From Planctomycetota bacterium (GTDB taxonomy: Bacteria; Planctomycetota; Planctomycetia; JALXBF01): 20,000 bases of DNA. The position numbers were made by a program, and so were the translations under genes. Position 1 is the first letter of the stretch. The number at the start of each line of letters is the position of its first letter. The stretch is taken from assembly GCA_026991575.1 (NCBI GenBank), contig JALXBF010000069.1, forward strand, positions 46,102 through 66,101, read 5' to 3'. The notes below the pieces were generated by a model, which was not told where the DNA came from, made no database searches, and was given only the letters and a program-made list of their open reading frames with translations. Shown here one piece after another: positions 1 through 6,488 of the stretch.

Positions 1-1034
1 TCGGGTGGTCGCTGAGCCCAGAAACTGCCCAGATAGACAGCCAGCATAATCAGCGCGCGGACCGTGGCCGGTCGCGCTCCGGCCTGTAGCGTGAACAGCG
101 CCGCCGCAACCAGAACCAGCAGCGATCCGGTCCGCGGCCCGATCCCTAGCAGCCTCAGCGGGAACCACGCAGCCGCAGCGACGATGCCCAGGTGCAAGCC
201 GGAGACCGCCAGCAGATGGACGACGCCCGCTTCACGGAACGCACGCTGGGCTTCGGCCGGCAACTGAGCGGTTTCTCCTGTCACGAGCGCAGCGACCAGC
301 GCAGCCGTACGCGGCGGCAGCCGGCGACGAAACCGCTCGGTGGCCCGAGCGGCGAACCGAGCGGGCAGGTACCACCACCATCGGCTGCTGCGACCGACCT
401 TCCGGATGAGTTCCACGCTGGGGCACCAGACCGTGCCGATGGTACCACGCCGCAGTGCACGACATGCGGTGCAGGGTAGCCCTGGATTCCCCGCGTGGAC
501 CGGCGCGGAGAGGCTCCCCTTCAAGTGCACGCGATCACCGGGAAGGATTGGCAAGCGGCCTGCTGGAACGTACAGCGTTACCGACCCGTCCAGCGACGCT
601 TTGCCAACGTCAGACAGCAGCATCAGCTCCGTCAACGTCACCTGAGCCAGTTGGTCGGGGCCAGGGACAGTATGCCCATGCACGCGTCGCGGCCGGTAGA
701 CCGGCCCGCGCGCGACGGTGGCGACCATTTCGACGAGAAGTTCTCCTGAGGGGGGATAAACCGGTGCAGTCTGGACCGTTGCCTCCACCGCACTCCGCCG
801 GCAGATGCCGACGATCGCCCACGCTACGATGACGGCGACGGTTGACAGCCCGCGAGTGTAAGGCAGGGTGCAGGCGATGACCAGGCAGAGGCCAAGCGTT
901 GACCAGGGGCGTAGCACACCGGCTGTTTCCGGCGGCAAATGATAGCCGACCACGTAGCCGATGACAGCCACCAGCCACGGCCAACGGCAATGGAGCCCGA
1001 CCGAATTGGTGCCGCTCCGGAGATGACCGTTCAC
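1..1034 (-). CDS. comEC: ComEC/Rec2 family competence (DNA uptake) membrane protein; N-terminal part only, the gene continues past the left edge
   Basis: Hand translation of the minus frame from GTG at 1034 (in-frame stop upstream at 1056-1058) shows N-terminal hydrophobic helices, an OB/DUF4131-like segment 'PGDRVHLKGSLSAPVHAGNPG', and the Competence-domain signatures 'ALVTGE...FREAGVVHLLAVSGLHLGIV' and 'GARPATVRALIM'. It is missing from the ORF track because there is no stop in the window. Start codon uncertain. Confidence 0.93.
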   Translation of the reverse strand, partial: MNGHLRSGTNSVGLHCRWPWLVAVIGYVVGYHLPPETAGVLRPWSTLGLCLVIACTLPYTRGLSTVAVIVAWAIVGICRRSAVEATVQTAPVYPPSGELLVEMVATVARGPVYRPRRVHGHTVPGPDQLAQVTLTELMLLSDVGKASLDGSVTLYVPAGRLPILPGDRVHLKGSLSAPVHAGNPGLPCTACRALRRGTIGTVWCPSVELIRKVGRSSRWWWYLPARFAARATERFRRRLPPRTAALVAALVTGETAQLPAEAQRAFREAGVVHLLAVSGLHLGIVAAAAWFPLRLLGIGPRTGSLLVLVAAALFTLQAGARPATVRALIMLAVYLGSFWAQRPP

Positions 1035-1489
1035 TGTTCCCGCCCAACTTTTCGCTTACGCCATTGGCATGCTAGCGCCCGCCGGCTCGGTCGGCAAGCG
1101 CCTGGCTTGCGGCACCAGCACCGCAGCTCCGCGCCGGCACTGCTTGAGCACCGCCGGCCACCGTTTCGCAGAAACCCGCTGTACAGGCCCATCTGCGGCG
1201 GCGGGGGGGAATCGCTTTGCTTGCAGGTGTAGCTCCATTGCCCGGGCCACGCATCCGGAGCGTCGCTAACCGGGCGCCAGCGAGCCCGCCAGACGAGCCT
1301 GATCGGAGGGGGTGGCGGTGGGTGGATCGTCTTCGGCGTGCGGTGACCTGTGTCCGGACGTGCCCGACCTGGGCGGCACGCGGGTTAGCGGACGGGCGGG
1401 GCAAGTGGGGTAGGTGGGGAGCGGCAGGACCTGGGCTCTAAGATTAACCGGCTCTGGTCGGTCGTGACCGTAGCAGCGAAGGCAGGGCG

Positions 1490-2518
1490 ATGACGGTTCA
1501 ACCAGGCAAAGTACGCGTTGGCATACTGGGCGGTTCCGGCTACACGGGCCGGGAATTGTTGCGCTTGCTGGCGCGCCACCCACATGCAACGATCACCGTG
1601 GTCACGTCGCGGCAATACGTCGGCAAAGCGATCGCAGAGCTACATCCGTCGCTGAGGGGGCTGTACGACTTGTCCTTCCAGGCCAATGACGTCGCTGCGG
1701 TGGTGGACGGATGCGATCTGGTCTTCTCCGCACTTCCGCACTCGCAGAGCATGACCGTGGTGGGCAAGCTGCTGGACGCGGGCCTGCGGGTCATCGACCT
1801 GAGTGCGGACTACCGGTTGAAGGACCCGAATCTGTACGCGGAGTGGTACGCGCTGAGTCACCAGGATACCGGCCACCTGGAGGAGGCCGTCTACGGGTTG
1901 CCGGAGTTGTTTTCCGACGCGATATCGCGTGCCCGCCTGGTGGCTAATCCCGGCTGTTACGCCACGGCCGCCATCCTGGGCCTTGCTCCGCTGGTCTCGG
2001 GAAGGCTTATTGAACTGGATGACGTGGTCATCGATGCCAAGAGCGGCGTCAGTGGGGCCGGCCGTTCCCCCCGCCCTGCCTTCCACTTTCCCGACTGCGT
2101 CGAGAACATGTGGGCGTACCATCCCGGGACCCACCGGCACACGCCCGAGATCCAGGAGGTGCTTAGCTATGTTGCCGGTGAGCCGGTGCGGGTTTTCTTC
2201 ACGCCCCACGTGGTTGCCATCGAACGGGGCATCCATGCGACGATCTACGCGCGGCTGCGGACCCACGAGTCGACCGACGATCTCTACGAGCTCTTCGCTA
2301 CCTTCTACGCTCAGGCGCCGTTCGTGCGGCTGACACGCGACCTGCCCCAGGTGAAGAGCACCACGGGCACGAACTTCTGTGACATCGGTATCCGCCGCGT
2401 GGGCGATCGCGTCGTGGTCTGCAGCGTGCTGGATAATCTATTGAAAGGAGCTTCCGGGACGGCCGTCCAGAACTTTAACCTCATGTTGGGTATCGATCAG
2501 ACAACGGCCCTTTGGTAG
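1490..2518 (+). CDS. argC: N-acetyl-gamma-glutamyl-phosphate reductase
   Basis: Rossmann motif GGSGYTGRELLRLL, DLSADYRL, catalytic ANPGCYAT, DAKSGVSGAGR, HRHTPEI and DNLLKGASGTAVQNFN; 342 aa. Confidence 0.98.
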   Translation: MTVQPGKVRVGILGGSGYTGRELLRLLARHPHATITVVTSRQYVGKAIAELHPSLRGLYDLSFQANDVAAVVDGCDLVFSALPHSQSMTVVGKLLDAGLRVIDLSADYRLKDPNLYAEWYALSHQDTGHLEEAVYGLPELFSDAISRARLVANPGCYATAAILGLAPLVSGRLIELDDVVIDAKSGVSGAGRSPRPAFHFPDCVENMWAYHPGTHRHTPEIQEVLSYVAGEPVRVFFTPHVVAIERGIHATIYARLRTHESTDDLYELFATFYAQAPFVRLTRDLPQVKSTTGTNFCDIGIRRVGDRVVVCSVLDNLLKGASGTAVQNFNLMLGIDQTTALW

Positions 2519-2563
2519 CGGTCACCGCGCCTGCCCGGCGCGCCAAGCCGAGGCACGTTCTCC

Positions 2564-3454
2564 ATGAGAGGAAGCCTGCGCATCCTGGCACTGATTGCGA
2601 TCGGTGTGCTCCTGGTGACCGGTGTTCTCCTGATCGGCTACCTCGCGTGGCGTGCCCGCCACGAAGTGCCGATGCCACCGCCGGTCGCGGCCTTGGAGGG
2701 GCAGGAGCAACCGGACCCGTTCCCTGAGCTCCGCAACTGGCCACTCGAGCGGCTGAAGCCGATCCCCACCGAGATGGTGCTCGTGCCGGCCGGCCAGTTC
2801 CTGTTCGGGCCGAACAACGAACCGCGCACCCTGCCTGCGTTCTACATCGACAAGTACGAGCTAACCCAGTGGCAGTACGCCGTCTTCCTGGAGTACATCC
2901 GGCGCACGAACGACCACAGCAAGTGCCATCCAGACGAGCCCCCGGACAAGGACCACACCCCGCTCGGCTGGGGCCAGCCGTCGATCACCGACAAGCGGTT
3001 CCCGGTTGTCGGTCTCGATTACTGGGATGTGTACGCGTATGCGTCCTGGGCTGGCCGGAGGTTGCCCACCGAAGAGGAATGGGAAAAGGCCGCGCGTGGC
3101 ACAGACGGCCGGCTCTACCCGTGGGGCAACGAATGGGACCCTTCACGGTGCAACTGGGGGCCAGGCCCCGGACTACCACGCACGCTCGTCCCGGTGGATT
3201 CGATGCCTGAGGGGCAGAGTCCCTACGGCTGTTTCCACATGCTGGGCAACGCGGCGGAATGGACCGATACGGTTGCCGATCCGGTACGCGGCATCCGGGT
3301 AGGCAAAGGATACTGTTGGATGCTAGGCCACCTGAAGCCGTACGTGACCACCTACCGGATGCTCGGGGCTACCGAATTGCGTGACCTTGGCAGCGGCTTG
3401 CGCTGCGCGATGGACGCGACCGATGCTGAATCAGCCCGCGCGCCGAAGCGCTAA
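2564..3454 (+). CDS. Membrane-anchored formylglycine-generating-enzyme (FGE-sulfatase/SUMF1) fold protein, probably not a true FGE
   Basis: N-terminal TM helix, then MVLVPAGQFLFG, FYIDKYELT, PVVGL, RLPTEEEWEKAARG, YPWGNEW, SPYGCFHMLGNAAEW and C-terminal GLRCA. Lies 45 bp after argC on the same strand. Confidence 0.9.
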   Translation: MRGSLRILALIAIGVLLVTGVLLIGYLAWRARHEVPMPPPVAALEGQEQPDPFPELRNWPLERLKPIPTEMVLVPAGQFLFGPNNEPRTLPAFYIDKYELTQWQYAVFLEYIRRTNDHSKCHPDEPPDKDHTPLGWGQPSITDKRFPVVGLDYWDVYAYASWAGRRLPTEEEWEKAARGTDGRLYPWGNEWDPSRCNWGPGPGLPRTLVPVDSMPEGQSPYGCFHMLGNAAEWTDTVADPVRGIRVGKGYCWMLGHLKPYVTTYRMLGATELRDLGSGLRCAMDATDAESARAPKR

Positions 3455-4698
3455 CGGATCGGCTCCCCCTGCAGCGTGTTACCCATCTGCACCGCTTCCT
3501 GCGGCCATTGCGGACTGACCATCGGCGCCGTCGGCCGGCTTGGCGGCCGCGTGAACCGCCCCAGCGACGCCTTCACGCCTTGCTTGATTCGCTGCCACAG
3601 CGACGGCCGGCGACCGCCGAGAGGAACGATCCGTGGGGTGGGGCGATGCACGTGACCGGGCGCGACCTGCGGCACACTGTAAGGACTCATCGGAACCGCG
3701 CCTGGCGCGGTCGGGGCAGCAGGCAGCGGCTGCACATGGCCGTGCTGATGCGAGTGGCGATGCGTCGTTGGCCCGGGAACGGGAGGCGGCGGCGGGGTAG
3801 CCAGTGACGGATACGGCTGTCGCTTGCGGCAAGTTTCACATTGGGCTTGTGGGTACTGCGGCAGGCCGCGTGGCCGCGGCTGCGGCTGGACGACACGTGG
3901 AGGCCAGGGCCTGGCAGCCGGCGGCTGTGGCCGGAACTGGTGGAAAAAGTGCTTGAAGCGGTGCCATAGGCTGACGCGGGGCCGCGGTGCCGGATACGCA
4001 GCCGACCACGAGCCGTTGTGCTGATGCGTATGCGGCACAACAGCGTTCGGCGCCGCAGGCGCCGGTACCGCCGCCGTCGTGTCCGTGACGACGGGCGCTT
4101 GAGACGGCTGCGGCCAAACCGTCCCGGGTACCGGCTGGTGCTGATGCCGGCGGCGGGGGCGCCCCAGGAACCTGTCGAACAGACCTACAGGCTGCACTGC
4201 CTGGACGGTGTGGTCGGACCTGCCTTCTGAGGCGGTTCTTGCTGCACCCGGCTCAGACGCTGCCGGCAGGCCGTTCCGAAAAGCAGCGTAGGCGGCGTCA
4301 AGCTCTTCGCGGATTGCCAGCGCCTGCTCATGCTGATTTGCCGCGATCGCATCCTGCAAGGCAACCGAGAGAGTACGAAGTGCGTGGTCGGAGAAGCCCA
4401 GCTCGATGAACGCTCGGGCCACCTCGCGGTGCAGCAGGAGTTGCTCCGGGGTCAGAGCGGGCGTTGCGTCGTCCAGCAGCTGATGCAGGGGCTTCAGCGC
4501 AGCCTCCCCCTGTCCCAACGCTAGCCCCTGACGCACCTGTTCCATGGCGCGCACGACGGCAGCCGAATAGGGCAGGGTGCGGAGCGTTTCCGGAACGCGG
4601 CTCTGTTGCGCGGGCGTGGCGACAGGCAGAGCGGACACGGCCCAACCGAAGGCCGTGCCGGTGGCGATGAGCTTCAGCATCCAACGGCGGTTCGTCAT
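3451..4698 (-). CDS. Hypothetical exported protein: signal peptide, helical (TPR-like) domain and a long Pro/His-rich disordered tail
   Basis: 415-aa ORF with AGGAG upstream of the ATG. The N-terminus MTNRRWMLKLIATGTAFGWAVSALPVATPA resembles a (possibly twin-arginine) signal peptide. Its stop overlaps the stop of the convergent FGE-like gene (CTAA, 3451-3454). Confidence 0.8.
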   Translation of the reverse strand: MTNRRWMLKLIATGTAFGWAVSALPVATPAQQSRVPETLRTLPYSAAVVRAMEQVRQGLALGQGEAALKPLHQLLDDATPALTPEQLLLHREVARAFIELGFSDHALRTLSVALQDAIAANQHEQALAIREELDAAYAAFRNGLPAASEPGAARTASEGRSDHTVQAVQPVGLFDRFLGRPRRRHQHQPVPGTVWPQPSQAPVVTDTTAAVPAPAAPNAVVPHTHQHNGSWSAAYPAPRPRVSLWHRFKHFFHQFRPQPPAARPWPPRVVQPQPRPRGLPQYPQAQCETCRKRQPYPSLATPPPPPVPGPTTHRHSHQHGHVQPLPAAPTAPGAVPMSPYSVPQVAPGHVHRPTPRIVPLGGRRPSLWQRIKQGVKASLGRFTRPPSRPTAPMVSPQWPQEAVQMGNTLQGEPIR

Positions 4699-4870
4699 GG
4701 AAGGAGAACTCCTGGCCTCAGTCCGGCAGCGCAGGGCGGTCGCGTCCTGCCGTTGTTATCGACCTGGCGGCCAGAAAAACTTCAGCCCGCCGATCTGCGG
4801 CCACAGGGCTCAGCGACATGACCGCGCAGCATTCCCTCTGCGGCCAGCACCTGGTTAGCAGAAAGGACGC

Positions 4871-4899
4871 TTGACGTCCAGGGCAGATGCTACTAAGCT
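4871..4899 (+). promoter_or_regulatory. Sigma70-type promoter TTGACG-N17-TAAGCT
   Basis: -35 TTGACG at 4871-4876 (5/6 consensus), a 17-nt spacer, and -10 TAAGCT at 4894-4899 keeping the conserved TA...T; sits in a locally AT-richer intergenic patch. Confidence 0.7.
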
Positions 4900-4905
4900 A
4901 TTAGT

Positions 4906-5016
4906 CGGGAGGGGCGAGTGCAGGCACAAGGGGTGGCGCGCGGTCCAGCGCCGGCCGCGGCCGGTGGCAACACTGGCCGCGGCTTGTTTTCTGCGCACGA
5001 TTGCCCCAGCCTTCCG
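4906..5016 (+). ncRNA. Candidate structured small RNA (three-way junction), family not recognised
   Basis: Starts at the expected TSS of the 4871-4899 promoter. By hand, 4906-4929 pairs with 4984-5016 (bulged stem) and encloses hairpins 4935-4952 and 4954-4983 (13 bp, GCAA loop). The G-U pairs work only on the + strand. Confidence 0.5.
4954..4992 (+). terminator. Intrinsic-terminator-like hairpin (alternative reading of the sRNA 3' domain)
   Basis: GCCGCGGCCGGTG-GCAA-CACTGGCCGCGGC followed by TTGTTTTCT on the + strand. The minus strand has a C-A mismatch and no U-tract. Confidence 0.5.
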
Positions 5017-5023
5017 CGTGCTC

Positions 5024-6481
5024 TCAACTGAGGATCTCGTGTAGGACGTGCCCGTGAACGTCGGTCAGCCGACGGTCCAGTCCGTTGTGGTAGTAGGTCA
5101 GACGGCGGTGATCCAGTCCGAGCAGGTGCAGCACCGTGGCGTAGAGGTCCCAGACCGTTGTGACCTTCTCCACGGCCCTACGACCAAACTCGTCCGTGGC
5201 GCCGTAACTAACACCCCCCTTGATGCCCGCGCCCATGAGCCAGATCGTAAAGCCGTCAGGGTTATGGTCGCGCCCCTTGGTCCCCTGTTGGTGCGTGGGC
5301 ATGCGGCCGAACTCCGTGGTCCACAGCACGACGGTCTCGTCCAGCAGTCCGCGGAGCTTTAGGTCGGTGAGCAGGGCAGCAGTTGGCTGGTCAAGGATTG
5401 GGCAGTGACGCTCGTAATCGGATTTCAACGTCTTGTGTGCGTCCCAGTTCAGCAAGCCGTCGACGCCCGAAGCCCGCGATGCGCAGTAGAGCGTCACGTA
5501 GCGGACGCCGCGCTCCAGCAGGCGCCGCGCCAGCAGGCAATTCCGCGCATAGGCCGCCTTCAGGCGGTTCGGGTCCTCGGTGCCGTACATGCGATGGACC
5601 CACTCAGGCTCGGCGGACAGATCGGTCACTTCCGGTGCGGACAGCTGCATGCGCGCGGCCAGTTCGTACGCGGCGATCCGTGCGGCGAGCGCTTCGTCCG
5701 CTGGCCGCCGCTGCTGGTACCGGTCGTTCAGCAAGCTGAGCAATTGCCGGGTTGCCCGCTCCTCGTCCGGCCCGATGCCGGGGGGGCGGGTCAAGTTGCG
5801 GATGGGCCGATGCGCGGCCAGCACGATCCCTTGATGCCGTGCCGGCAGGAAGCCTGCGGACCAGTTGGCCTTGCCGTTAGGCGGCTCGCCACGGATGTCG
5901 GGGATGGCCACGTAGGTGGGTAGATTCTTGTTCTCACTGCCCAGTGCGTAACTGACCCACGCCCCGGCGCTGGGGAATCCCTCAGCCGTCTGTCCGGTGT
6001 TCATGAACACGCACGCCGGACCGTGTGTGTTGCTGCGGCTCGTCATCGAATGGATGAACGCTATCTCGTCGACATGCTGACTGAGGTGCGGTAGCATCGA
6101 GCTGATCCACTTGCCCGACTCGCCCACCTGCTTGAACGGCCAGGGCGGAGCCATAAGGTTCCCATTCTTGCCCTGAAAGGAGACAAACTGTCCCGCTCCG
6201 GGCAACGGCTCGCCAGCGCGGCGAAACAGCTCCGGTTTGTAGTCCCAAAGGTCGACGTGCGAAACGCCGCCGGGGCAGAAGATCTGTAGCACTCTTTTTG
6301 CCTTCGGCGCAAAGTGCGGTACGTCGCGTCGCCGGGACCGAGTTGCTGCGTCGGTGTCACGGCCGAGGAGATCGATCAGGCTGATGCCAATCAACCCATG
6401 GAGCATACTATCGAGGAAGCCGCGCCGGGTGAGAAGCCCGGCCAGGGATGTTGCCGAGGGCGAGGTTGCGGCGTGCGTCAT
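5024..6481 (-). CDS. DUF1501 domain-containing protein (planctomycete type) with Tat-like signal
   Basis: TRRGFL twin-arginine motif, HFAPKAKRVLQIFCPGGVSHVDLWDYKP, ARRLLERGVRYV, WDAH, TEFGRMP, GRDHNP, GGVSYGATDEFG and RRLTDVHG. Start reassigned to ATG 6481 (7 nt after the upstream gene's stop, GGAG upstream) instead of 6625. Confidence 0.93.
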   Translation of the reverse strand: MTHAATSPSATSLAGLLTRRGFLDSMLHGLIGISLIDLLGRDTDAATRSRRRDVPHFAPKAKRVLQIFCPGGVSHVDLWDYKPELFRRAGEPLPGAGQFVSFQGKNGNLMAPPWPFKQVGESGKWISSMLPHLSQHVDEIAFIHSMTSRSNTHGPACVFMNTGQTAEGFPSAGAWVSYALGSENKNLPTYVAIPDIRGEPPNGKANWSAGFLPARHQGIVLAAHRPIRNLTRPPGIGPDEERATRQLLSLLNDRYQQRRPADEALAARIAAYELAARMQLSAPEVTDLSAEPEWVHRMYGTEDPNRLKAAYARNCLLARRLLERGVRYVTLYCASRASGVDGLLNWDAHKTLKSDYERHCPILDQPTAALLTDLKLRGLLDETVVLWTTEFGRMPTHQQGTKGRDHNPDGFTIWLMGAGIKGGVSYGATDEFGRRAVEKVTTVWDLYATVLHLLGLDHRRLTYYHNGLDRRLTDVHGHVLHEILS

Positions 6482-6488
6482 CGCCTGG

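Noticed and set aside
1035..1489. Small ORFs and short hairpins in the comEC-argC spacer
   Set aside because: No motif or clear SD, and the stems are short enough to be chance at this GC content.
4755..4785. ECF-sigma-like promoter (TGAAGT...GTCGAT on the minus strand) upstream of the 415-aa gene
   Set aside because: Only a loose resemblance; not supportable without a known consensus for this organism.
4906..5016. Identification of the candidate RNA as SRP RNA, 5S rRNA or tRNA
   Set aside because: It lacks the SRP domain IV CAGG/GGAA/AGCA motif, the conserved 5S loop sequences, and a tRNA cloverleaf or T-loop.
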